25,288 nt of DNA from an uncultured archaeon (lineage in GTDB: Archaea > Asgardarchaeota > Lokiarchaeia > Sigyniarchaeales > SOKP01): assembly GCA_964525635.1 (NCBI GenBank), contig CAZGJX010000065.1:1-25288 (forward strand), given 5' to 3'. The notes beneath the pieces were generated by a model that was not told where the DNA came from, did no database searches, and saw nothing but the letters and a program-made list of their open reading frames with translations. Every line of letters begins with the position of its first letter. The first letter of the stretch is position 1. A program made the translations under genes and the position numbers. Shown one piece after another: positions 1 through 9,373 of the stretch.

Positions 1-265
1 TCGAAAAAAAATTTAAGTAAGGTGAAAATTCATCATGAATTACATATTAAATGTTCATAAAAAACACTAAAAATATAATTGTATTCTATATCTTTAACTA
101 TTATAAATTATAATAAATTATAAATTTTTAGAGCAATCCTTCTTATCTCTTATAATATTTCTAAAAAGATTTATTATTTAGATTTTTTAACCAGAAGGAT
201 ATTTTTATGAAATATAATAAATTTTAAATTTATTTATGAATAACCTAATTTAATCTGAGATAATT

Positions 266-757
266 ATGAAAGAAAATTGTTATTATCATCCAAATATAGA
301 AAAATTTTGCAAATGTGACTTTTGCGAGAAAGATATTTGTTCAACATGCAAAATGACAATATGCAGATCAGAAGTTATGCAAAATATAACACCGTTTATT
401 TGGGCGGATCAATGTGGAATGAGACATGATTTTACTATTAAATTAGGATATTTTTATTATGAAGTCTGTCCAATTTGTTACTACGAAACGAAAATTAATG
501 ATCTTTCTATTCCAATAAAATTAGGCAAAAAAACTTTTATTAGTCTTCTCATATTCTTTTTATGGAGTATAATATTATTACCTATTTCTCTAAATTCTAA
601 TTTTGATCATTTTACGCTATTTCTTTTTGTTATGCTTATAATAATGGGAATTGGATTAATTTGTCAAATAGGACGTTATTATTACATAAACAGGATTTCT
701 CATCTAAAAAAAATCAAAGAATATCAAAAAGAAATTAAAAGATATATTATGGTTTAA
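266..757 (+). CDS. Hypothetical membrane protein with N-terminal B-box-like Zn finger
   Basis: CYYHP-x5-CKCDFCEKDICSTC Cys/His cluster, a later CPIC, then two hydrophobic segments (FISLLIFFLWSIILLPI; FTLFLFVMLIIMGIGLIC). Confidence 0.7.
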   Translation: MKENCYYHPNIEKFCKCDFCEKDICSTCKMTICRSEVMQNITPFIWADQCGMRHDFTIKLGYFYYEVCPICYYETKINDLSIPIKLGKKTFISLLIFFLWSIILLPISLNSNFDHFTLFLFVMLIIMGIGLICQIGRYYYINRISHLKKIKEYQKEIKRYIMV

Positions 758-877
758 GATTAAAAAAAAAGTCTTTATTATTATTTCTTTATAAAATTCT
801 TTAAAAGGTGGATATAAGATAAATTTTTTACCTCCCAATAATTAATAAAAGTATAAAATCAAATAAGTGAAATAAGT

Positions 878-1243
878 ATGGCAATCGGTCTTGATCAAAT
901 AGATGAAGAATTAAGAAAAAAGATTGAAGAACTTCAAACCCTAAAACAAAATTATGACTTTTTATTAAATCAAAGATTACGACTTGAGAGTTTATTTAGA
1001 GAAACTGAATTAGCAATTGAAGAATTGGAAAAAGTAGAACCAACTGAGGTTGTTTATAAATCCATAGGAGGCATTCTAATAAGATCTCAAAAAGAAAAAC
1101 TTTTAGATGAGAAAAAAAGTCAAAAAGTAAAGTTAGAAATAGAAATAAAGAAACTAAAACAAACAGAAGAAAGAACAAAAAACCAAATTAACACTATGAG
1201 TCAATCAATACAATCTGAAGTTAACAAAACACAGTTAAAATAA
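878..1243 (+). CDS. pfdB: Prefoldin beta subunit
   Basis: 121 aa; coiled coil, then ELEKVEPTEVVYKSIGGILIR hairpin, then coiled coil; typical archaeal PfdB. Confidence 0.95.
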   Translation: MAIGLDQIDEELRKKIEELQTLKQNYDFLLNQRLRLESLFRETELAIEELEKVEPTEVVYKSIGGILIRSQKEKLLDEKKSQKVKLEIEIKKLKQTEERTKNQINTMSQSIQSEVNKTQLK

Positions 1244-1249
1244 TCTCTT

Positions 1250-2275
1250 ATGATAAAGTCGAAATTTAAAGACTTTCTTTATTTTTTAAAAAATAAAAGA
1301 ATTTTAATAACATCTCATAACATAGTTGATTTAGATGGACTTTCATCAGCAATTGCTTTAAATTCTTTTTTAAAACATCATTTTGAGAATATAAAATCAT
1401 ATTTGTATTTCTCTGGAATTTCAAATAATACTAGTTCTTTTATTAAAACATTAGAAGAGAAATTTCCTAATTTTAAATTAGATTTGAGTGAATCCTTCGA
1501 TAATTTAGAAATTGATGCCGTAATTATAGTTGATGCAAATAATCCTCAGCAAATAACTCTTCCTTGCAATTTGACAAATAAAAAAAATATTCAATATTAC
1601 TATATTGATCATCATTTTATTGAGGAATCTAGCTTAGAGTATGAACAATCTAAACGACAAATAATATTAGATAATTATAGTTCTACTGCTGAAATAATTT
1701 ATATCATTCTCAAAGAATTTGAATTTGTTATTTCAATTCCAATTCGATATCTTTTGATTGCAGGTATTTTAACTGATTCTGGCTATTTTAAATTCGCAAA
1801 TAATAACACAATTAAAGTTATTGGAGAATTATTAGAAGATGATATTGAATATCAAGATCTTTTGATTATGCTAAAATTCGAGATGGATATCTCTGAAAAA
1901 ATAGCAAAAATAAAAGGCATTCAGAGAACTGAATTGATTCGAGAAGGAGATTGGCTTATTGGAATATCTAATGTAAGTAGTTTTGAGGCAAGTGTTGCTA
2001 ACTTAATGACTAAAATTGGTTTAGATATAGCAATTGTGTTTTCCGAAAAAGATATGGAATATCGAGTAAGTACAAGGGCAAAAAAAAAATTATGCATGCT
2101 CACTGGTCTTCATTTAGGGAAAATATTAGAACAAATAGCTAAAGATTGTGAAGCAAACGGAGGAGGTCATGACGGTGCTGCTGGTATTAATATTAAAAAA
2201 GAATATGGTGATTTAAGAGAGATTATTATAAATAGAATTATTCATTATCTCCGTGCTAATAAATTAGAAAGCTAA
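1250..2275 (+). CDS. DHH/DHHA1 family phosphoesterase (NrnA-like)
   Basis: Motifs SHNIVDLDG, IIVDA, IDHH, GILTDSG and GGGHDGAAG; starts 6 bp after pfdB. Confidence 0.92.
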   Translation: MIKSKFKDFLYFLKNKRILITSHNIVDLDGLSSAIALNSFLKHHFENIKSYLYFSGISNNTSSFIKTLEEKFPNFKLDLSESFDNLEIDAVIIVDANNPQQITLPCNLTNKKNIQYYYIDHHFIEESSLEYEQSKRQIILDNYSSTAEIIYIILKEFEFVISIPIRYLLIAGILTDSGYFKFANNNTIKVIGELLEDDIEYQDLLIMLKFEMDISEKIAKIKGIQRTELIREGDWLIGISNVSSFEASVANLMTKIGLDIAIVFSEKDMEYRVSTRAKKKLCMLTGLHLGKILEQIAKDCEANGGGHDGAAGINIKKEYGDLREIIINRIIHYLRANKLES

Positions 2276-2378
2276 CCTAAAAAAAATAGCCCCATTTACT
2301 TGTATAAATTTTAATTGTTTAAAAATAATAGAGATAAAAATATAAATATCAATATATTAATTAGTTTGGATTATTAAA

Positions 2379-3035
2379 ATGATTCAAAAAGAATTCTCTT
2401 TATCAGAACCCGATTTATATTATACTGTTCTTATAAATAAAATAAATTTGAACCAAGATAATTTAACTATTGATAGTCTATTTCAAATAATTGAAATTCT
2501 TCAAAATAAATACAAAAATTCAATTATACAATTTTTTAACGATTTCTACGTTTTGAATGAGAATCATATCTTTAAATCAATATATTTTGTTCAAAAAGCC
2601 TTTAAAAAGAAGGAATGTATCTCAAATAAACAAAGTATTGAATTTTTATTATATTTATCAACTAAACGTCAGATAAAAATTGCTATTGAATCATTTGGGA
2701 TAAAGGATGAAGATTTAGAGAAAGGTATATTGAATTACTGTATTGTTTCAAGTAATTATGATATAAATAAAATCAATCTAGATTTATTAAAAAATTTCAA
2801 TTATGATGAATTAGAATTTAATCTAAATAAGAAATCATTTCATCACTATAATAGAATAAAGAACTTTTTTGAATTATCCAAAAACCAAATAAAAACAATA
2901 TTAAATTCTATGAATCTAAAAGAATCAACTGAGGATCTTAAAAATGTTGATATAAATCAATTATATATTGCTTTAAATGATTTAATTTGTGAAAAAATGG
3001 TTCTTTTAGGTTTAGAAGCAGTGAAATCTGATTAG
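2379..3035 (+). CDS. cgi121: KEOPS complex subunit Cgi121
   Basis: NHIFKSIYFVQKAF...ISNKQSIEFLLYLSTKRQIKIAIESFGIK matches the Cgi121 signature (E-LLY-S--RQI--AI---G). Confidence 0.85.
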   Translation: MIQKEFSLSEPDLYYTVLINKINLNQDNLTIDSLFQIIEILQNKYKNSIIQFFNDFYVLNENHIFKSIYFVQKAFKKKECISNKQSIEFLLYLSTKRQIKIAIESFGIKDEDLEKGILNYCIVSSNYDINKINLDLLKNFNYDELEFNLNKKSFHHYNRIKNFFELSKNQIKTILNSMNLKESTEDLKNVDINQLYIALNDLICEKMVLLGLEAVKSD

Positions 3036-3562
3036 GATTTTAAATAACTATTATTAGGTTTTATAATATCTCCTTGATTTAAAAAGGAAATACCTGTAAT
3101 ATTATCTAACATTTCAATTCGAATTATTTTATCTGGATTTTTTAGATTTACAGGATTATTAATATTTCTAGTTATAGTCGGAATGAATCCTTCTCTTTTT
3201 ATTAATTTATTTTTTCTTCTTTTTAACTTTATTCTAAAAGACTGGTTATCTGCAAGAAATCTCGAATAGTTTTCTTCAATAACTTTAGTAATTAATTTAA
3301 CGTTTGTTTCACATATGAATTGAATTGGTATAATTTTTAAAATATAATTGTAGAAATAAGGCTCATTTTTTAAGATTTCTTTGATCTGATTAATTATTTT
3401 AAATTCATCTATATAAGTAAATGCTGTAATAAGCCCTTGAAATTCTAAATCAGATATAATAGGGCATTTATCTCCACATATAAGCAATGTAAACCATAAT
3501 TCTGCTTTTGTATTCATTTCATTATATCTTGGTGATGATATCAATAAGTTAAAGTTATGCAT
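3032..3562 (-). CDS. Stand-alone THUMP domain protein (Tan1/THUMPD1-like tRNA-binding adaptor)
   Basis: ILKIIPI, SFRIKLKRR and PVNLKNPDKIIRIEML THUMP motifs; no catalytic domain; convergent with cgi121 with a 4-bp overlap. Confidence 0.88.
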   Translation of the reverse strand: MHNFNLLISSPRYNEMNTKAELWFTLLICGDKCPIISDLEFQGLITAFTYIDEFKIINQIKEILKNEPYFYNYILKIIPIQFICETNVKLITKVIEENYSRFLADNQSFRIKLKRRKNKLIKREGFIPTITRNINNPVNLKNPDKIIRIEMLDNITGISFLNQGDIIKPNNSYLKS

Positions 3563-3581
3563 ATAATTTGATACTCCAATT

Positions 3582-4241
3582 TTAATTAATAAGTATGGTG
3601 TTTATTTCTTCTTCACTAATAAGTCCTTGTCTTATAATACTAATCTTTTTTTCAGTACAATTAACAATTGTACTAGGAATTTTAGATATGGAATCTCCCC
3701 CATCTACAATCAAGTCAATAGGTTTTAAAAACTTTTTTGCAACTTCTTGACCTGTTGTTGATGGATTTTCTCCAGAATAATTCGCTGATGTACCAATAAT
3801 ACCTCCAAAATATCCTTTTTCCTTTAGTTTTTTTAAAATATTCATGATTATTTTATTCTCAGGAACTCTTAAACCAATCGTATTTTTATTACCACTTAAT
3901 TCATCAGGGATAATATTCGGGTTTTTCTTGTTTAAAATTAAGGTCAATTGACCTGGCCAGAAATTTTTCGCTAATTTTATTGCATTTTCATTGAAATCAG
4001 CTATTTTTGTAGCTTCCTCATAATCTGATAATAATAGTAAAAAACCTTTTGACCTATCTCTATATTTAATCGTGTGTAATCTTTCAATAACATCTAAATT
4101 TGTTGGATCTCCTCCTAATCCATAAACAGAATTAGTAGGAAAAGCGATGATTTTTCCTTCAATAATATTTTCCACAATAATATCTATAAATAGATTTATC
4201 TCTTCTTTTTTATTTTCAGAAATCTTGATTAAAAAACCCAT
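3582..4241 (-). CDS. sua5: L-threonylcarbamoyladenylate synthase, single-domain TsaC/YrdC type
   Basis: AFPTNSVYGLG, IKYR (KxR), FWPGQLTLIL, GLRVP, TSANYSG, PSTIV, IRQG. No C-terminal SUA5 domain. ATG 4241 preferred (track start 4268). Confidence 0.92.
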   Translation of the reverse strand: MGFLIKISENKKEEINLFIDIIVENIIEGKIIAFPTNSVYGLGGDPTNLDVIERLHTIKYRDRSKGFLLLLSDYEEATKIADFNENAIKLAKNFWPGQLTLILNKKNPNIIPDELSGNKNTIGLRVPENKIIMNILKKLKEKGYFGGIIGTSANYSGENPSTTGQEVAKKFLKPIDLIVDGGDSISKIPSTIVNCTEKKISIIRQGLISEEEINTILIN

Positions 4242-4313
4242 ATAATATTTTAAGGTATAGATATCCAAAAAATATAATTATTATTTAAATAGTAAAATAT
4301 CTTTATTCTCCAA

Positions 4314-5051
4314 TTAAAGTTCTTTTAACCATTTATCATTTTTACTCAATTTTTTATATATATCTAAATCTCCAAAATTACCTCTAAAATCTTTTTTTTC
4401 CATTTTAATAACTCTTACCTTCCAATCTCTTTCTACAATACCTTTATTTATAGCTTCAGGAAGTTCTATTTCATCTCTTTCAGAAGGTTTTATTTCTTTT
4501 AAAATATCAAAAATCTCAATTGAAAAAATAAAAACACCACAATTATTTAAATTGCTATCTTTAAGACCTTTTGGAGGTTTTTCGATCATTTTAATACAAT
4601 ATTCATTAGCAGAATATATAGCACATCCCATCTGAAGATTATCTAAATAATTAGTAACTAAGATAAAGTCTTCTCTTTCTCTTTTAAATACATCAAAAAC
4701 AGTTTTATATATTCTATAAGGGACTAAGATATCCCCCCAAGTGAGAAAAAAATGTTTCTGGTTTATTAATTTTTTACATAACAGAACTGCTCCTCCAGTA
4801 CCATTTATTTTATCTTGAATTACATATTCAATATTAATTCCCCATTTACTTCCATTTTGAAAATATCTAACAATTTGTTCTTTTAAATAACCAACTACTA
4901 AAACTAAATCTCTAAAACCTGCATATTTGAGACCTTCAATAATATATTCGAGTAAGGGCTTTCCATGAAGAGGTAACATAACTTTTTGATATTTATCTGT
5001 AAAAGGCCTCATGCGTTTACCAAATCCCGCACATAAAATAATTGCTTTCAT
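4314..5051 (-). CDS. Sugar-phosphate nucleotidyltransferase (NTP_transferase family, no left-handed beta-helix)
   Basis: MKAIILCAGFGKRMRPFT, GKPLL, GTGGA, WGD, IEKP, SERDEIEL motifs; substrate not assignable. Confidence 0.88.
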   Translation of the reverse strand: MKAIILCAGFGKRMRPFTDKYQKVMLPLHGKPLLEYIIEGLKYAGFRDLVLVVGYLKEQIVRYFQNGSKWGINIEYVIQDKINGTGGAVLLCKKLINQKHFFLTWGDILVPYRIYKTVFDVFKREREDFILVTNYLDNLQMGCAIYSANEYCIKMIEKPPKGLKDSNLNNCGVFIFSIEIFDILKEIKPSERDEIELPEAINKGIVERDWKVRVIKMEKKDFRGNFGDLDIYKKLSKNDKWLKEL

Positions 5052-5085
5052 ATTATGACAATTAATAATTTAATTATTGTATTGA

Positions 5086-5165
5086 ATTCTGATATAATAC
5101 CATTTATTCAATATATCTATTACTTTATTTTTACATTCTGATATAATATAATATTCTGGTAATAC
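5086..5165. repeat. 14-bp direct repeat in divergent promoter region (putative operator)
   Basis: ATTCTGATATAATA at 5086-5099 and 5135-5148; degenerate ATTCTGGTAATAC at 5153-5165. Confidence 0.45.
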
Positions 5166-5264
5166 ACAATTATTTACTTAGGATCATGACTATTTAAATT
5201 ATTCAGCTGGAAAATTATTTTCAATTAGTTTTTAAGAATTTATCATAATTAATTTATGAGATAA

Positions 5265-6047
5265 ATGATAAGAGACGTTTTAGTTATTAAAGATGGATTA
5301 CCTTTGTTTTCTAAAAACTTTTCTAGTTCAAGAAACTTTATATCTGATCATAATAACTTAATAATGGTTTCAGGATTTTTATCTGCCTTAAATTCATTTT
5401 CAGAAGAATTTGAGGATTTAGGGTCAATCAAAGAATTGAAACTTTCCAATTCTAACCTTAGATTAGCTTTTTTAAAGAATAATTCTATTCCTAATTTAAT
5501 ATTTCTTGCTTCATTTGATGAAGAATCTAATAGTGTGAATGTTCAAAGATTTCTTAAAAAAATGTCCTATACTTTTCTAAAAAAATATAATATCAATCAA
5601 ATAGTTAATTGGGATGGAAGAGCGGATCGCTTTAATTCTTTTATAGATGTAGTAAAAACTTATGTAGAAGATGAATCAAAAGAACAAGATAACGACTTCA
5701 AAGAAAAAATCGTTGATTTATTCGAAGAAATCCGTGAAAAACTCGATGCAGATGATAATGATAACATAAAAAATATGAATAAAATTACTCATTTAAAAGA
5801 AAAACATAAAATGATTTCTAAATTTTATAATATGATTCCAGAATTAAAAGTTTTAACTAATATCAATCCAAATTTTTATATAACTGGTAATCTCTCAAAA
5901 ATAATTATGAAAAAAGTTAATGGAAAAAAATCTATTGAATACATTGCCGAAGAACTTAAGTTACCTCAAATAAAAGTATATAATCTATGTAAAAACCTTG
6001 TAAAATTAGGATTTATCACTTTAAATGTAAAAAATAACGCTTATTAG
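5265..6047 (+). CDS. Longin-domain protein with C-terminal winged helix (NPRL2-like architecture)
   Basis: N-terminus VLVIKDGLPLFSKNF...MVSGFLSALNSFSEE...IKEL...FLKKY...WDG is the Asgard longin pattern; C-terminus IMKKVNGKKSIEYIAEEL...NLVKLGFI is a wHTH. Confidence 0.78.
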   Translation: MIRDVLVIKDGLPLFSKNFSSSRNFISDHNNLIMVSGFLSALNSFSEEFEDLGSIKELKLSNSNLRLAFLKNNSIPNLIFLASFDEESNSVNVQRFLKKMSYTFLKKYNINQIVNWDGRADRFNSFIDVVKTYVEDESKEQDNDFKEKIVDLFEEIREKLDADDNDNIKNMNKITHLKEKHKMISKFYNMIPELKVLTNINPNFYITGNLSKIIMKKVNGKKSIEYIAEELKLPQIKVYNLCKNLVKLGFITLNVKNNAY

Positions 6048-6082
6048 GATTACAATAAATTAATGTCGAATTGACTAGGATA

Positions 6083-6364
6083 TTATTTTTTCTTTTTTTT
6101 CTCTCTTTGTTTCACTTCTTCTTCTAATCTCTTTAATTCATTTGGATCTCTCGTTTCAAATTTAAATGTGCCTGCAATCTTACTTTCTTCTATTTCGCCA
6201 GAAATGGATATTTTCTCAAAAGAAATAGAGACGGGTATCTCCTGATTAAGGCAAAGATTTATGAAATTTATAAAACCAATATGTTTACTGGGAGCTATAC
6301 TAAACTTTAATGCCACTTCCTTGTTTTTCTTTGTTTTAGTCTTTAATATTAATCGTAATTTCAT
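6083..6364 (-). CDS. Hypothetical protein (basic, 93 aa)
   Basis: Clean ATG-start ORF with typical codon usage filling the gap between neighbours; no family recognised. Confidence 0.65.
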   Translation of the reverse strand: MKLRLILKTKTKKNKEVALKFSIAPSKHIGFINFINLCLNQEIPVSISFEKISISGEIEESKIAGTFKFETRDPNELKRLEEEVKQREKKKKK

Positions 6365-6538
6365 CTTAATTAATGTGTATCTGTTTATTTATGTTAATTT
6401 TAATTATATTGAATACTAAAAAAAATATTGGATATAATAAAAACTTCTGAATATAATCATTAAATAATATAATTATTTTATAATTATGAAAAAAAAGTCC
6501 TATTTATTATTTAAATAAAGTTTATTAATAATTAACAG

Positions 6539-7255
6539 CTAACTCAATTCTTTTATTCTATTCAATTTAATGACTAATTTATCTCCATTCTTTAATTTTA
6601 AAAAGTCTCTTAAATAGTCTTTAGCTAAAATTTCAATTATATTTTCTTTATGGTGTGTTCGCTGAATATCCAATATTGCAGCTCTTATTTTTTTACTTCT
6701 TTCAAATAAAGGTGAAATATAAACATCATAACAATAAACTGGTCCATATTCTCTATCTTGATCCTCAAATCCGTCAATCATTATTCGTTTTATTTGGCCA
6801 ATTAGTTCTTTTAAAATTTTTAAATCCACATCATTCAATCTTAAATTGAGAGTTCCTTTATATGGTTCAAAACCTAATTTACTTTTGAATTGTTCATAAT
6901 ACCCCTTAATGGCGACATAGTATCCTCCTTCTCCTATACCTTCACTTACTTCTCCAACAATTAGTATTTTTTCAAGAATATCTTTAAGATTTTCATACAT
7001 TTTAAATAATATATTAATCCCCTCTTCTGTTATTATAATATGTTGAGATTTTCCTTCTATTTCTCTTTTTATCCAATTAAGTTCCTCTAATTCGTTAATT
7101 CTTCTACTAGCTGTTTGTTGACTTACATTAAGAAGTTTTCCAAATTCAATACTGGTTATTTTTAATGAGAGCATATCCTCGGAAAATTTCCCAAGAGTAT
7201 AAAGAGCAAACCAATTTGAATAGGTCTCTGGAGAATCAGGTACTCTTTTTAGCAT
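6539..7255 (-). CDS. ribK: CTP-dependent riboflavin kinase with N-terminal HTH (RbkR-type)
   Basis: HTH: EFGKLLNVSQQTASRRINELE. Kinase: GEVSEGIGEGGYY, LGFEPYKGTLN, RTHH, IEILA..YLRDFLKLKNGD. Confidence 0.95.
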   Translation of the reverse strand: MLKRVPDSPETYSNWFALYTLGKFSEDMLSLKITSIEFGKLLNVSQQTASRRINELEELNWIKREIEGKSQHIIITEEGINILFKMYENLKDILEKILIVGEVSEGIGEGGYYVAIKGYYEQFKSKLGFEPYKGTLNLRLNDVDLKILKELIGQIKRIMIDGFEDQDREYGPVYCYDVYISPLFERSKKIRAAILDIQRTHHKENIIEILAKDYLRDFLKLKNGDKLVIKLNRIKELS

Positions 7256-7275
7256 TTTTGTAATTATTATTTTGG

Positions 7276-7722
7276 CTATTTATTTTTAAAATTATATTTA
7301 TCTAAGATTTTTTGTTTTATTTTACCTGAACTATTTAATTTAAATTTATCATAGAATTTATTTAATCTTTTTACAATTATATGTCCTAAATTTTTATCTT
7401 TTAATTCTTTTCGAAGTATTTCTATATCATAGTGTTGACTTGGTCCTAAAAGAATAATATCTGGATTTATTTCCTCCACAATTCTTAGTGTATTATTATC
7501 TTTTCTTCCTAATAAAGCTTGTTTTACATTTTTAATATTTTCAATTACTTCTAATCTTTGTTCTTCTGGAACAATAGGAACTTCTCCTGAATATTTCTCT
7601 CTGTTTCTATCCGTTGCTACAACTACATATACATCCCCTAATTTTGCAGCTTCGTTGATTAAGAAAATATGACCTGGATGTATTATATCAAAAGTCCCAG
7701 TAATCATAATTTTTTTTATCAT
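7276..7722 (-). CDS. ribL: Archaeal FAD synthase
   Basis: GTFDIIHPGH (HxGH), EQRLEVI, PDIILLG, SSGKIK; directly upstream of ribK. Confidence 0.88.
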   Translation of the reverse strand: MIKKIMITGTFDIIHPGHIFLINEAAKLGDVYVVVATDRNREKYSGEVPIVPEEQRLEVIENIKNVKQALLGRKDNNTLRIVEEINPDIILLGPSQHYDIEILRKELKDKNLGHIIVKRLNKFYDKFKLNSSGKIKQKILDKYNFKNK

Positions 7723-7739
7723 TTTTTATCAGAGATGAT

Positions 7740-9305
7740 TTATTTCATATTTTTAAAGGATAATCCTATAAATACAGGTCCTCTTATATCTATTTTTTTT
7801 TGTTTAGATTGAATATATTCCATTATAATGTCTTCAAGTTCAATATTTACTTCAGAACTCCTATAACACATTTTAACTCTGTGTTCATAAAAGTCTTTAT
7901 TTTGTTCTAATAAAATTTCAATATTATATGCCATTTCAGATGCAATCCCCTCTAAATAAGTTTTTCCCGTATCAACAGCTTCCACCTCTGGTAATCCTTT
8001 ATTTGGAGAAAATCCTAAAACATTTCCATCTGAAACCCAGATTTTATTCAAAGCAGCAGGACCCAATAATTTTACACCCTCATCGTTTTCCCAAATATTG
8101 ACTTCAATAGCGTTATCTTTGATTGTTCCTTCCCAAACTTTAATCTCTATTGGAGAAGTTTTATCTTTATTATCAATTGCGGCTTTAATTATAGCATTCT
8201 TAATTTCAATTCCTTTCTCAGTTGAAGGGTAGAATTTATAATGAATACCTTTACTTATTTCTTTATCTGTAAAAGAAATATCTTCATAAAAATATGGATA
8301 TACTAGCTTTCTAATATCTTCTATTCCCGTTTTAATCATACAAATTCGCTCTATACCAAATCCTATATTAAAAACAGGGTGTTCAATATTATATTGTGCT
8401 AAACTCACTGGGCTATAAAAACCACCATCACCTATTTCAATCCATTGTTTAGTCTTTGGATGTTCAACAAATATTTCAAATTCAGTTTGTGGAGCATAAT
8501 ATTTAGAGGTCGCTTTTTTAATATCTACTCTATTATTTTTAAATCCTAATTTTTCGCATATTTCCATTGCTATTGTTTGACAATCTTCTAAGGAAATTAC
8601 TTCTTCCATAATCACTAAGGAGAGTGTATATGAATCATATAAATGAGTAGTATCAATTTTTTGTTCCCTCCTAAATTTCTTAGCAATAGAAAAATATTGT
8701 AAGGGTAATTTTTTCTTCTTTTTTAATTCACTAAGAACTTTAAACCATAACGCTGTTGTATGACTTCGAAGAGTGGTTTTTGTTGGAATTGGTTTTAAAT
8801 CTTTTAATTCAGGAAATATTTTATCAATTATGTCTGTAGCTTGACTTTCTTCAACTTCCAACTTCTCTATAAAAACTTCGATTAGATCATCAGCTTCAAT
8901 TTCACCCTTTTTATAATCTCTAAAAATCTGTTTAAGTTCTTCAATCTTATTAAAACTATTCACAATATTCTTAATTTTTTCTATCTTATCATTGGATATA
9001 CCTATATCTGGTCTAGGTAATCCTGCCAAATAAAATAAACGATCAAGTATTAAAACAGCTTCAGGACCATATTGTCGATATATATCTTCCTCCTCAACAA
9101 ACATAGGTAAGATTAGTTCTTCAAATCCTAAATCGACCATTTTTTTTTTAGCATTAGAAATAAAATCAGATAAAGGATGAGATTTTCCTTTCTTTTGAAG
9201 TGTAAAATAATTACCTTTTAATTTTAACAAATTTCTTGATTCTAACCAAGTTTTTTCATAATTATTTTTTGCTTCTCTTACTATTTTCTTGATATCAAAA
9301 GGCAT
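7740..9305 (-). CDS. sepS: O-phosphoseryl-tRNA(Cys) synthetase (SepRS)
   Basis: GKSHP, QYGPEAVLILDRLFYLAGLPRPDIG, LRSHT, FRREQ, KYY, YSPVSLAQY, NIGFGIER, KLLGPAALN, IDIRGPVF. Confidence 0.95.
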   Translation of the reverse strand: MPFDIKKIVREAKNNYEKTWLESRNLLKLKGNYFTLQKKGKSHPLSDFISNAKKKMVDLGFEELILPMFVEEEDIYRQYGPEAVLILDRLFYLAGLPRPDIGISNDKIEKIKNIVNSFNKIEELKQIFRDYKKGEIEADDLIEVFIEKLEVEESQATDIIDKIFPELKDLKPIPTKTTLRSHTTALWFKVLSELKKKKKLPLQYFSIAKKFRREQKIDTTHLYDSYTLSLVIMEEVISLEDCQTIAMEICEKLGFKNNRVDIKKATSKYYAPQTEFEIFVEHPKTKQWIEIGDGGFYSPVSLAQYNIEHPVFNIGFGIERICMIKTGIEDIRKLVYPYFYEDISFTDKEISKGIHYKFYPSTEKGIEIKNAIIKAAIDNKDKTSPIEIKVWEGTIKDNAIEVNIWENDEGVKLLGPAALNKIWVSDGNVLGFSPNKGLPEVEAVDTGKTYLEGIASEMAYNIEILLEQNKDFYEHRVKMCYRSSEVNIELEDIIMEYIQSKQKKIDIRGPVFIGLSFKNMK

Positions 9306-9373
9306 AATTGTTCATTAGGTTTCTGTTTTATGAATAATTGAAAAAAACCAATAGAGTATATCTAATCAATATG

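Noticed and set aside
1-60. Open frame 1 (SKKNLSKVKIHHELHIKCS*) as the 3' end of an upstream gene
   Set aside because: Only 19 codons and no motif; cannot be supported from this window.
99-130. TTATAAA-like tandem repeats
   Set aside because: Low-complexity AT sequence typical of this genome.
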